From: the human T2T-CHM13v2.0 reference genome, Homo sapiens
DNA: 64,000 nt
Direction: 5' to 3' (one strand)
Assembly: GCF_009914755.1 (NCBI RefSeq)
Contig: NC_060925.1
The position numbers were made by a program, and so were the translations under genes. The notes under the pieces are model-generated. The model saw only the letters and a list, made by a program, of their open reading frames with translations, did not search any database and was not told the DNA's origin. This document shows, piece after piece, positions 15,988 through 28,713 of the stretch. How positions within the stretch are numbered: the first letter of the stretch is position 1; each line of letters starts with the position of its first letter.

Positions 15988-17049
15988 GTGAGTTCCACTT
16001 CTGGGGCTCTTCAGCCCTCAATTTTAACATCCCAAGAGCTGCTGTGGTCTAAAGGGCTTCTGTCCTGCTCCTTATTGCCATATTTTTTCCTGTCGTTAAC
16101 ATCTGCTTATTCTGCCCTTCCCCCAACGTGACTTACAAATGAGCAGCTCCCCTGGGATCTGGGCTTCCTCTCGACTTTACCCCCCTGCCCACCAGGAGCT
16201 GCCCTCGGAGGTGGGGAGGTGGGGACCGGACATCCCTGTTTCCTGCTGCCACAGCAGTTCTAATCCCTGGTGGCTCCTGCTCCCCGCCGCGCCCCCCCCA
16301 CCGCCCCATGCTCCTGCTGGCCACCGCACAGCTAATCCAAGAGGAGGGAGGGTCAGGGTAGAGGGGTCACGCACCATCCTCTCCCTCACCCTGTGCAGAG
16401 CAGAGCCAGCTGGACCTACTGTGCCTTGACAGGGTGGGGCAGAGAGGGAGAGGGTGGCAGCCCCCTCTTCCCGCAAAGCCCTTTAGCAACATCCCCCGAT
16501 AAATGGGGCAGCAGCTGTGTATCTTATCCTTCCTACCTTTCTGCCTTCCTTCCACCCTTTCTGCTCTCTTGCCTGAGAGACTATAAATGGTACAGAGTGT
16601 CCTAGAGGAAGTGGGAAGCTTGGAGGCTGTATGGGGCTGTGACTTCACAACCCTCTCCTGCCCCCTTCCTCCAGCTGGAAGCCAGGTTGGCCCACAGCTT
16701 TAGCAGGGTAGGGGTAGGGGAGCATCTGCATGCCACATGCTTGTGCTTCTGCCTCCCAGGCCCACTCCCTGACTGTTCTAGGGGAGGAGGAGGAGAACTG
16801 AGGGTCCTCCTTCCCAACACACACACGCACACGCCTTCTCCTACCACAGCAAGTGAAGAATCTCACTTCTTCTCTCCTGGCTTCCACAGAGGATGAAACC
16901 AGGCATTCCTTGGCCTAAGGAGAAGAGGGAGAGGGATGTGAGAGTAGTGGGTGGGTGGGGAGGCCAGGGCTTGGGAAATAAGTGGGAGAGACCCAGCATG
17001 CCCTGCGGCCACTGTGCAAGCAGCACCCAGTGCCCCCTTCCTCCCCCAG

Positions 17050-17217
17050 GCCCAGCGAGGAGATGGTGAAGATGGTGCTGAGCCGGCCCTGCCATCCTGA
17101 CGACCAGTTCACCACCAGCATCCTGCGGCACTGGTGCATGAAACATGACGAGCTGCTGGCCGAGCACATCAAGTCCCTGCTCATCAAGAACAACAGCCTG
17201 CCTCGCAAGAGACAGAG
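17050..17217 (+). CDS. INTS3: INTS3 exon (PSEEMVKMV...PRKRQ)
   Basis: ccccag|G ... AG|gtggga; 168 nt. Confidence 0.95.
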
Positions 17218-17274
17218 GTGGGACACGGTCCCTGTCTACCCTCCAGGCCATGGCGGTCTGCAGTGATTGCTGTC

Positions 17275-17304
17275 GGTGGTGGTGGTGGTGGTGGTGGTGG
17301 TGGT
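17275..17304. repeat. (GGT)10 trinucleotide repeat
   Basis: Direct reading. Confidence 0.95.
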
Positions 17305-17593
17305 GATGGGGGTCAGTGCTGTCCCAGCCTGGTTTGTGGGCGACATCTAGTGGTCCGAAGCCACATGGCATGCGAGACCACCGTGGCCCTTTCTCCCCAT
17401 CTTCCAGTGCCCCTGTGGCCAGGATCCCCTGTTCTAGGCACACCTTTCTCACCCAACCCCAGCCCTCCCAGGCTGCCTATCCTGTTCCCCATGTAGGCTG
17501 CCTCTGTCTTAAGGGGGCCCTGGCGGGTGGAGGGTGTCTCGCACTCTGGAACCCTCCCACACTCAGACTCTGGCTCTGGTGATTCCTGCACAG

Positions 17594-17694
17594 CCTGAGG
17601 AGCTCTAGCAGCAAGCTGGCCCAGCTGACTCTGGAGCAGATCCTGGAGCACTTGGACAATCTGCGGCTCAACCTGACCAACACCAAGCAGAACT
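17594..17694 (+). CDS. INTS3: INTS3 exon (LRSSSSK...NTKQN)
   Basis: gcacag|C ... T|gtatgc; 101 nt. Confidence 0.93.
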
Positions 17695-17892
17695 GTATGC
17701 CTTCCACCCTCGGCGTCCAGTGTAGACGGTGCTGCCCTGGCCCAGACTATGCCTGGAGCCAGGCTGGGGGCAGGGGCAGGACACCCGGGGCCACAACCCA
17801 CACTCGGGATAAAACAACCTGTGCGTGCTGTTTAATAAGCTCCCAGACATCTGATTGTTTTTCCTTCCCTGCTCTCCCTTTTCTTCCTCTAG

Positions 17893-17965
17893 TTTTTAGC
17901 CAGACGCCAATTCTCCAGGCGCTGCAGCATGTCCAAGCGAGCTGTGACGAAGCCCACAAGATGAA
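17893..17965 (+). CDS. INTS3: INTS3 exon (FFSQTPIL...EAHKM)
   Basis: ctctag|TT ... AA|gtgagg; 73 nt. Confidence 0.94.
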
Positions 17966-18178
17966 GTGAGGCTCCTGCCACTTTGGGCCTTGGAAAGTAG
18001 TAGGGGAAAAGCCTAAGGGAGAGGAAGCCTGCTAGGGACATAAACGTAATGGCCAGCAAGACCTTAGGGTCCAGGGTTGAAGAAAAAGAAGGCCTAGGCC
18101 TGGGGGCAGAGAAGAGGATGGGAGGTGCCGTAGGAGCAGCAGGCTCCCACTCAAAGAGCTACCGCTCCTTTTCCTTAG

Positions 18179-18335
18179 ATTCAGTGATCTCTTCTCCCTG
18201 GCGGAGGAATATGAGGACTCTTCCACCAAGCCACCCAAGAGCCGGCGAAAAGCAGCTCTGTCCAGCCCTCGAAGTCGAAAGAATGCCACACAGCCCCCCA
18301 ATGCCGAAGAAGAGTCGGGCTCCAGCAGTGCTTCA
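18179..18335 (+). CDS. INTS3: INTS3 exon (FSDLFSLAEEY...SSSAS)
   Basis: ccttag|A ... TCA|gtgaga; 157 nt. Confidence 0.94.
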
Positions 18336-18446
18336 GTGAGAACCCAGCCAGTGCACAGGGGGAAAAGGAGCACTGGGTGCAGGTGGAGTCGGCGCCAGCA
18401 GCTGCCCAGGCTGTTAACTTCCCATTTCCCCTCCCATCTCTTCCAG

Positions 18447-18524
18447 GAAGAGGAAGACACGAAACCGAAGCCTACCAAGCGGAAACGAAAAGGGTCCTCT
18501 GCAGTGGGCTCTGACAGTGACTGA
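18447..18524 (+). CDS. INTS3: INTS3 last coding exon (EEEDTKPKPTKRKRKGSSAVGSDSD*), with basic NLS-like motif
   Basis: ttccag|GAA ... TGA at 18522-18524. Confidence 0.95.
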   Translation, partial: EEEDTKPKPTKRKRKGSSAVGSDSD

Positions 18525-19312
18525 GGCCCTGCATTCCCCATCCCACCCCCGGCTGGACTGCCCTCTCCTTCTTGGTGATTCAAAGGTTAATAGAGGCTGA
18601 GGAGATTGCAGGGGAAACACCCTTGCTGCATCCCCAAGCTCCCCCGGTGGAAGGAGGAGCTTTCTCCTCTGGCTGAGTTTGAGAAGCTGCCATGCAGCCC
18701 CTAGCCCCTTCCCTCCTCCTGGGGCCTCCAGCCCCTCACACTGCTGTTCCCAGTGATATTTGGGATCTGACTGAAGCCAGAGGCTCTGTAAAATCAGACC
18801 ATAGTGGAAGTCCTCAGCCCCCTGGCCCCTTCCGCAATCTCCTCCCCCAGTCTCCCAAAGAGCCATTTCAACAGAGAAGGGAAATGACAAAGGGGCAGCT
18901 GGCCAGATAAGCTAGGATGAGAGCAGAGACTCAGTGTGTGGGTGTCCCTTCCTGCTTCCCCTTCAGGTCTTGGTTTGTTCTGAAGGGACGTTTTATAGTC
19001 ACTATCCACATGCCAGTGTGAAATGGGCATCTATGACGTGGTCAGGGTGTCCATTCCTAATCATGGGGCAGATGCCACAAGCATTCAGAAAGGAGTCTGA
19101 AAGGGTGGCCACAGCCCCACGTGGTGTGCCCTGGAGGCTTAGGTTGGTCTGAGGTTGGCACCTCAATCTACACCAGAGCCCAGGGAGTCCCAGAGGCAAG
19201 TTTCACAGAATTGTCAAATGATCCCATTTCCTTGAGTCTGTTTTTTTTTTTGTTTTTTTTTGTTTTTTTTTTGGCAGAGATAATCGTGTCTTAAAAGTTG
19301 TTTTTAAATGAC

Positions 19313-19318
19313 AATAAA
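19313..19318 (+). terminator. INTS3: INTS3 polyadenylation signal
   Basis: AATAAA preceded by a U-rich tract and followed by GU-rich tgtcttttgtg. Confidence 0.85.
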
Positions 19319-20199
19319 ACAAGCCAGAATGTCTTTTGTGCTGGAGTGTCTGCTGGCATTTGCCCCGTGCATGTATAGCTTGGTCTTGATTTGATTGGCA
19401 CCCCTACTTGTAACCGCAGAACATCCCCCTTTCCCTTCCTGTTCTGCCCCCACTTTTGTCTAGAGCAGAAGGGACTTGGCTTTGGCCACTACCCATCCTT
19501 CCTGCTGCCACTGGAGGTGGGAGCCAGGCACTGATCTGTCTATGCAGAACCATCCCCCGTAGGATGAGGCCTGTCCTTACTCATTTCTCAAGAAACAAGA
19601 TGCTTCCAAAAGGTCTGTCATCCTCCAGTTGAAGTCTGTGTGCCTACCAAGAATGGCCGGAGGACTCGCTGCTTGACGGGAGGGATGCTCCAGCTTGGTC
19701 TCCAGGGACAACTGTACCTGGAGATAAAGTCTGGATACCAGGGAGGGACAGAGATGCTCTTCCTTCCACAGTGTGGCCACTTGCTGGGCCATGTGAACCA
19801 GCAGAGGAGAGTTCCTTGGCTATGCTGTTGTTCCCCCGCTGTCCAGGGAGAATGGAGGTGGACTGAGGAGTGAAGTTTGGGCGAACTGCACAGAGCTGCT
19901 CCTCTTCACCCCGAAAATTTGTCTTTTTACAGAATCCAGGTTCTCCCCTCCCTCATCACTGCTGTTGCTTCCTTTGAAAGTCTAAACCACTGGAGGCTTC
20001 TTTTTCCTTCCTCTCTCCTTCCCCAGTTTCCTCTGTCCCAATTAAAACCAGGATGGAGAGCATTTGCTGGCTGGCCCCAATTATTGTACCCTTGCCCAAA
20101 GGGAGGGGCCTCTGTCGTGACCCCTCAGAAATCTGGCAGTCTGGGTTTCCACCTTTCCCCTATTTAACTCTCAGCCCCCACCCATCCCCTGGGGTTGCG

Positions 20200-21480
20200 G
20201 CTGGCAGGCCGGGACTTGCAGAACCAAATGGGCCAGGGGCCAAGTTCATTCTTTTGGGAGAGAGCAATGGTACCTTCCCTTAACGGGAAAACGAGAAATA
20301 TTGAGGGGAAGATGGACTGCGATCCAAACGCCCTGGCTCTCAGGCCTGGACTCTAGGGCTTAGCCAGATGCCTAAACCGCCCAAGCCGAGAAACAACTTA
20401 GAAGACAGACATAACCCTGGGATTCAGGGAAGGCGCGAGCACCGCCCAGGACCTGGTAGGGTGCGAGCCGCGAGCAGTCCGGGAGGGAGCGCGCCTAGGG
20501 CGGAGCGTAGGCTGTGGGGGGAGGGCTGGGAGTCCGGGGCCGCCCCACACCCGCACTCCTCCCGGGTTTCTGCTCTCCGCCCGTGTGGAGTGGTGGGGGC
20601 CTGGGTGGGAATGGGCGTGTGCCAGCGCACGCGCGCTCCCTGGAAGGAGAAGTCTCAGCTAGAACGAGCGGCCCTAGGTTTTCGGAAGGGAGGATCAGGG
20701 ATGTTTGCGAGCGGCTGGAACCAGACGGTGCCGATAGAGGAAGCGGGCTCCATGGCTGCCCTCCTGCTGCTGCCCCTGCTGCTGTTGCTACCGCTGCTGC
20801 TGCTGAAGCTACACCTCTGGCCGCAGTTGCGCTGGCTTCCGGCGGACTTGGCCTTTGCGGTGCGAGCTCTGTGCTGCAAAAGGGCTCTTCGAGCTCGCGC
20901 CCTGGCCGCGGCTGCCGCCGACCCGGAAGGTCCCGAGGGGGGCTGCAGCCTGGCCTGGCGCCTCGCGGAACTGGCCCAGCAGCGCGCCGCGCACACCTTT
21001 CTCATTCACGGCTCGCGGCGCTTTAGCTACTCAGAGGCGGAGCGCGAGAGTAACAGGGCTGCACGCGCCTTCCTACGTGCGCTAGGCTGGGACTGGGGAC
21101 CCGACGGCGGCGACAGCGGCGAGGGGAGCGCTGGAGAAGGCGAGCGGGCAGCGCCGGGAGCCGGAGATGCAGCGGCCGGAAGCGGCGCGGAGTTTGCCGG
21201 AGGGGACGGTGCCGCCAGAGGTGGAGGAGCCGCCGCCCCTCTGTCACCTGGAGCAACTGTGGCGCTGCTCCTCCCCGCTGGCCCAGAGTTTCTGTGGCTC
21301 TGGTTCGGGCTGGCCAAGGCCGGCCTGCGCACTGCCTTTGTGCCCACCGCCCTGCGCCGGGGCCCCCTGCTGCACTGCCTCCGCAGCTGCGGCGCGCGCG
21401 CGCTGGTGCTGGCGCCAGGTAAGGCTGGAGCTCCGAACTGACTAAGGCGGGGCCAGCCACAGAAGGGGGCGTGTCGGAGA
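20200..21480. promoter_or_regulatory. SLC27A3: CpG island / promoter and exon 1 of SLC27A3
   Basis: Dense CpG, GC boxes (ggggcgg, ccgcccc). Confidence 0.8.
20752..21418 (+). CDS. SLC27A3: SLC27A3 coding exon 1 ([12 protein letters not shown]...LVLAP); ORF open upstream to 20368
   Basis: Hydrophobic N-terminal anchor; CCAG|gtaagg. Confidence 0.93.
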
Positions 21481-24400
21481 CCACAGAAAGGCTTGGTCTC
21501 ATCCCTGGGCCTGGGAAGAAGCCGACTATCCCTTGGGGTTCGAAAGTGGGTGGAGATAGGAGTCTCCGGGTTTGAGAAGGGATGAGGCTGAATCTTTGGT
21601 GCCCCAAGGATCCCCAAGGAGTCGAGTTCCAGGCCTCAGACCCAAGATGGAATGTCCATACCCTTCACCCTCATCCAAGAGCAGTGTGGGCTGGGATAGG
21701 GAGGGGACATGGGTCATAGGCTCTTCTAGGTAGAGCCAGGGCCCCGGCGTTGTGCTTTCCCACCCTTCTAGAGTTTCTGGAGTCCCTGGAGCCGGACCTG
21801 CCCGCCCTGAGAGCCATGGGGCTCCACCTGTGGGCTGCAGGCCCAGGAACCCACCCTGCTGGAATTAGCGATTTGCTGGCTGAAGTGTCCGCTGAAGTGG
21901 ATGGGCCAGTGCCAGGATACCTCTCTTCCCCCCAGAGCATAACAGACACGTGCCTGTACATCTTCACCTCTGGCACCACGGGTGAGGGCCGGGCACCATA
22001 CTTAGCTCCCCGAAACCAAGGCAGAGGAAGGCAGGGGTCTGCTCCCAGACCACTCCTTCAAAGCCCCCAGAGAGGATGCTGATTTCATTGGCACATCCTT
22101 TTTCTCCCCATCATTTCACTCCCCAGTCTCCTCACCTCCTACTCATTTCTCCACCTCCCCCAGACCACCCATATTTCCAGGACAGCCTGGTCTCGGTCCT
22201 CAGCTTCTGTCCTGCCTCCGCCTCTTTCTGTGGGAAACCCAGCGGGGGTGCAAACAGATAGGTAGAGCTTGGAGTTTGCCCTTCCCCTGATCGTCCCATA
22301 ACTGCCACCCCACAGGCCTCCCCAAGGCTGCTCGGATCAGTCATCTGAAGATCCTGCAATGCCAGGGCTTCTATCAGCTGTGTGGTGTCCACCAGGAAGA
22401 TGTGATCTACCTCGCCCTCCCACTCTACCACATGTCCGGTTCCCTGCTGGGCATCGTGGGCTGCATGGGCATTGGTCAGTCTCCCCAACCCCACCTTCAT
22501 TAATTCATCCAGTAGACATTTATTAAGCACGTACTATGGTGTGAGTCCTCCAGGGTAGATAATCTAGAGGACGGATGGGGCAGAGCCCTACTCACCAGGA
22601 GCTCTGTACAATAGGGCAATGTCACCTGCCTAGACCTACAGACTGAGGAACGGTGAGGGGGGCCATACAGCCACATAACTCCAGGCTGCAGGGTCAAAGG
22701 CAGGGAAGGACTGTGTCAGTCCAGGAACAGGCAAGTAAGAGAAGAGGGAGAGAGAGACAAGGAAGTGAGAGTGTGGAGGATGAGATCTTTGGGGCTGGGA
22801 AGTAGGGAAAGGGCATTCACCTCTTCTAAGGCTGGGGACAGGGGCCGGGGGAGGGGAAAGAGGGCCAGCACGGCTTCCTGACGGTGTGACTCCCACAGTG
22901 GGCCCTTCCCAGGGAAAGACTACAGTGATGGCTGGGGTCTGGAAAGAGGGGCTTGGGCTCCCCACTCTGCTCCTAATCTTACCTCCTTCCTTCTTCCCCC
23001 TGCCCACTTCTGGCAGGGGCCACAGTGGTGCTGAAATCCAAGTTCTCGGCTGGTCAGTTCTGGGAAGATTGCCAGCAGCACAGGGTGACGGTGTTCCAGT
23101 ACATTGGGGAGCTGTGCCGATACCTTGTCAACCAGCCCCCGGTGCGTGGGCACAGATCCTGGGCAGAGCTGCTGACACAGGGCTAGCTCACGGGGAGCAG
23201 GACAGTTGACAGGAGACAGGGAGTTGGAGGGAGAAGCAGCAAGAAGAAAATGGCAGTGTAAGATAAGGAGCCAGAGATGGCCTAGGCCATCTGATGCTTA
23301 CGGCCTCTGAAGGAGGTCACAGTAGGAGGGGGTTCTGGGGAATGGGGAACAGGAATTCACTTCCGGGAGCGGGCATCTTGATGCTGAAGCTCCGGCCCCT
23401 CTCCCACTCATCTCAGAGCAAGGCAGAACGTGGCCATAAGGTCCGGCTGGCAGTGGGCAGCGGGCTGCGCCCAGATACCTGGGAGCGTTTTGTGCGGCGC
23501 TTCGGGCCCCTGCAGGTGCTGGAGACATATGGACTGACAGAGGGCAACGTGGCCACCATCAACTACACAGGACAGCGGGGCGCTGTGGGGCGTGCTTCCT
23601 GGCTTTACAAGGTGAGGGGCAGAGAGGAAACTGAAAACCCGTGGAACAGCAGAGGGCTGGCAGGAGAGGGGGCTCATGTGACTGCAATGATCCAGTACCC
23701 AGGTCTCCCTTTCCCCAGCATATCTTCCCCTTCTCCTTGATTCGCTATGATGTCACCACAGGAGAGCCAATTCGGGACCCCCAGGGGCACTGTATGGCCA
23801 CATCTCCAGGTTGGTGGTGTTCTGGTGGGGTGGGCGGGGTGCTGAAGCTGGCACAGGAGGACTGGAATTGGAGACTGGGGTGGATGGGGGCAGAAGGCTC
23901 TGGGAAAGGTGACACCACTCCTGACCCTGGTGACTCTGCCAGGTGAGCCAGGGCTGCTGGTGGCCCCGGTAAGCCAGCAGTCCCCATTCCTGGGCTATGC
24001 TGGCGGGCCAGAGCTGGCCCAGGGGAAGTTGCTAAAGGATGTCTTCCGGCCTGGGGATGTTTTCTTCAACACTGGGGACCTGCTGGTCTGCGATGACCAA
24101 GGTTTTCTCCGCTTCCATGATCGTACTGGAGACACCTTCAGGTATCTGTCCATAACTGGTTTTTCATCCTGGACATCTGATCTCTGTGATCCAAAGCTTC
24201 TGAACCTCAACTCTCTAATCTGCCACCTCAACCTGGGTCCTAAGCTAATCTCTCATTCTCAGATCTCACCATTTCATCCCTGTGACACTGACCTCTGACC
24301 TCATCTCCCCACCAAGCCCATAAGGCCCTGACCCCTGACTCCCAGTTTCAGATCTCTGCTCTCTGACAGGTGGAAGGGGGAGAATGTGGCCACAACCGAG

Positions 24401-25256
24401 GTGGCAGAGGTCTTCGAGGCCCTAGATTTTCTTCAGGAGGTGAACGTCTATGGAGTCACTGTGCCAGGTGCCTAGGCATGGAAGGTGGGGGAGGCACCCA
24501 GCCACCACCCCGAATTGGTAGTACTTGGGCGCAGGGAGCACGAGGCCTTCGTGGTGGTCAGCCATGGAGGGGCTTACTCTGTCTCCCACACCCACCAGGG
24601 CATGAAGGCAGGGCTGGAATGGCAGCCCTAGTTCTGCGTCCCCCCCACGCTTTGGACCTTATGCAGCTCTACACCCACGTGTCTGAGAACTTGCCACCTT
24701 ATGCCCGGCCCCGATTCCTCAGGCTCCAGGTAACCGGCCACTTCCCCCGCCGGCCCCTCACCCCATATATCCTCACCCCACATATCCACCCCGTGTATCA
24801 ACTTAGGAGTTTGATGGCTCCCAAACTCCACAAAGGGACCCCCAACGTAATACACTCCGTGAAGAGAAAAAACACGGAGACACAAGCTCTTCACCCCACT
24901 TCTTTCCTTATCCCTGCCTTCTTCTGGCCTGGCTTTCTCCTCCCTGTCACCTCCTCCCCTAAACCTTGACCTCACACTCCCTTTCCCAAGACTTGCTCCT
25001 TAACAAAATTCAGGCAACTCCCCTGAACCACGTGGGCAGAGTCCCCTTCCCTCCAAATCCCTGACCCTCCTGTCCCCAGGAGTCTTTGGCCACCACAGAG
25101 ACCTTCAAACAGCAGAAAGTTCGGATGGCAAATGAGGGCTTCGACCCCAGCACCCTGTCTGACCCACTGTACGTTCTGGACCAGGCTGTAGGTGCCTACC
25201 TGCCCCTCACAACTGCCCGGTACAGCGCCCTCCTGGCAGGAAACCTTCGAATCTGA
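20752..25256 (+). CDS. SLC27A3: SLC27A3 (FATP3/ACSVL3), very-long-chain acyl-CoA synthetase; 10 coding exons, 683 aa from ATG 20752
   Basis: Exons 667+210+159+125+195+91+199+98+131+177 = 2052 nt. AMP-binding motif [22 protein letters not shown] signature GDVFFNTGD...[14 protein letters not shown]. Confidence 0.97.
21772..21981 (+). CDS. SLC27A3: SLC27A3 exon 2 (...YIFTSGTT)
   Basis: ttctag|AG ... ACGG|gtgagg. Confidence 0.95.
22316..22474 (+). CDS. SLC27A3: SLC27A3 exon 3 (LPKAARISH...LPLYH...)
   Basis: ccacag|GC ... ATTG|gtcagt. Confidence 0.95.
23017..23141 (+). CDS. SLC27A3: SLC27A3 exon 4 ([11 protein letters not shown]...[10 protein letters not shown])
   Basis: tggcag|GG ... CCG|gtgcgt. 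Confidence 0.95.
23417..23611 (+). CDS. SLC27A3: SLC27A3 exon 5 ([10 protein letters not shown]...YGLTEG...WLYK)
   Basis: tctcag|AGC ... AAG|gtgagg. Confidence 0.95.
23719..23809 (+). CDS. SLC27A3: SLC27A3 exon 6 ([11 protein letters not shown]...ATSP)
   Basis: ccccag|CAT ... CCAG|gttggt. Confidence 0.94.
23943..24141 (+). CDS. SLC27A3: SLC27A3 exon 7 (GEPGLLV...DRTGDTF)
   Basis: tgccag|GT ... CAG|gtatct. Confidence 0.95.
24370..24467 (+). CDS. SLC27A3: SLC27A3 exon 8 ([11 protein letters not shown]...YGVTVP)
   Basis: tgacag|G ... CCAG|gtgcct. Confidence 0.95.
24599..24729 (+). CDS. SLC27A3: SLC27A3 exon 9 (HEGRAGMAA...PRFLRLQ)
   Basis: caccag|GG ... CAG|gtaacc. Confidence 0.95.
25080..25256 (+). 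CDS. SLC27A3: SLC27A3 exon 10 ([13 protein letters not shown]...GNLRI*)
   Basis: ccccag|GAG ... TGA 25254-25256. Confidence 0.95.
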   Translation, partial: ESLATTETFKQQKVRMANEGFDPSTLSDPLYVLDQAVGAYLPLTTARYSALLAGNLRI

Positions 25257-25369
25257 GAACTTCCACACCTGAGGCACCTGAGAGAGGAACTCTGTGGGGT
25301 GGGGGCCGTTGCAGGTGTACTGGGCTGTCAGGGATCTTTTCTATACCAGAACTGCGGTCACTATTTTGT

Positions 25370-25375
25370 AATAAA
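25370..25375 (+). terminator. SLC27A3: SLC27A3 polyadenylation signal
   Basis: AATAAA about 115 nt after the stop codon. Confidence 0.85.
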
Positions 25376-26598
25376 TGTGGCTGGAGCTGATCCAGCTGTC
25401 TCTGACCTACAGTATCTGTCATTATCTCTCTGTGGAACTGCTTTTTCCTTGAGAGTTTTCTCCTGGCGTGGAGCCACAGGCCCCACATTCCTGCCCTGAC
25501 TGGCTGTGGGCCAGAGCCCCGTATCTGGACCTTGGTGTTTTCCTCTCAGGAGACCCTGTGTGACCTTCGTCCTTGGAGAACCTCTGGTGACTGATGTTTG
25601 TCTGTGCTCCTGTGTAGCTCGCCCCAGTTTTACTCTCCGAGTGCCAGGCTCCCACTGCTCTGTCTTGGGAACTGGAGGACCCGAGGGGTCGGCTCAAAGG
25701 GCAGAGGTGGACAGAAGCACACAGAAATGCCACCTCCGGCAGCCAGCCCAAACTGCTCCCCCAGAATCAGGTGTGGCCGGGCCTGGGGAAGAGTCTTAAC
25801 CAGCCCAAACAAGTGTTTGACTGTGGGGGAAAGGATGCTCAAGATATCCCTCTGCCTCGCAGCTGTCTCTGAGAAGCCAATCTTTGAGGGGGAAGAGTGG
25901 GGTGCCCCTGCCTCCAGATGTTCCTACTCCTACCTGGTGACTGTCAGACATTCCCAGAAGGAGCAGTCCCCAGGGGGGACCCTCCGGTACTGCAGGAGAG
26001 TTTGACGGAAGCCCCTCCATGGAGTGAGGCTCAGAGTGCATGTGGTGGCAGGAGGGATGGTGGGAATCAAAAGGACAAAGGCCTCTCGATCCCCAAATGA
26101 GGTGTCCAGAAAGTTCATCATCTAAAAGCTTGAAATGATGAAGCTCCTGCTTCTCCTAGGAACTACAGTCCCCCTCTGTTTTGAGCTGTGGGTCCTTGAA
26201 ATTTTATGCTACTTTGCCTTTCCCCTTCTAGCCCCTCTCCCCAACATGAGAGGTCAGGGGACATGCCCTACTGGCACACTTGGGTCTCTATTGCGGGCCC
26301 TCCTGTTCCAAAACTTTACAACTTGCCCCCTTCCACCAGCAAGCCCGGTGCAGCCTCACTGACAGACTAGGTAAGGCACACGCTAAGGTGCAGGGGAAAA
26401 CTTCATGCGTAGACCAATAAATGTGGAACTTAACTCATTCTGTGCACCTCTCCAATCTGCCCCAGGAGGAGTACAATAGTTTGGGTGTGCCTGGGGGTAG
26501 GGCGGGTAGGCAGCCTGTGTTGGCTGGCAGTGGGGCACCTCCTGCAGCTGCTCTCCCACACCTTAACTCAGCCCAGATTTCCCAGACCTGCGAGCTGA

Positions 26599-28240
<1,642 letters not shown>

Positions 28241-28414
28241 ATGAACTAGGGTGGTCCTCAGGTGGTGAGTGCCCTTTCTCATCAGGTTGGATAGAGGAGG
28301 ATGATGGATGCAGAGAACCTAGTCCACAAATCGTAGCAATACTCTCAGCCTCGTTGTGTCTGCGGAACCTTCCCTGGGGGTAAAGGGGCCCCCTTCCCAA
28401 ACCTGCCTCAAAGG

Positions 28415-28713
28415 CAGGAGTCAGCAAACTATGCTGCCTGTTTTTGTTACATACAGCACACTAAAAAATGGTTTTTATATTTTTAGGTGGTTGAAAAAAA
28501 AAAGACTATTTCATAACATGTAAAAATTACACGGGTTCAAATTTCAGTGTCCATAAATAGTTCTGCTGGCACACAGCCGCGCTCGTTCGTTATGATTGTC
28601 TATGTCCGCTCTCCTGCCACAACAGCAGGGCCGAGTGTTTATGAGACCCGATGGCCTGCAAAGCAGAAACTACTTCTCGTGCGGCCCTGGACTGAAAGAG
28701 TTTGCCGACGCCT
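28415..28713. mobile_element. MER58-like hAT-Charlie DNA transposon
   Basis: Ends caggagtcagcaaact ... agtttgccgacgcct resemble MER58 terminal inverted repeats; internal acacagcc/gcctgcaaagc segments. Confidence 0.7.

Noticed and set aside
16841-17452. - strand ORF with a poly-His tract
   Set aside because: His run is the reverse of the intronic (GGT)10 microsatellite; the rest is antisense to an INTS3 exon
21023-21617. Long antisense ORFs over SLC27A3 exon 1, and ORFs at 28590-29245
   Set aside because: Stop-poor GC-rich CpG-island sequence with no domain features
26416-26426. Second AATAAATGTGG identical to the SLC27A3 poly(A) context
   Set aside because: An 11-mer match only; may be a distal poly(A) site but cannot be supported from sequence
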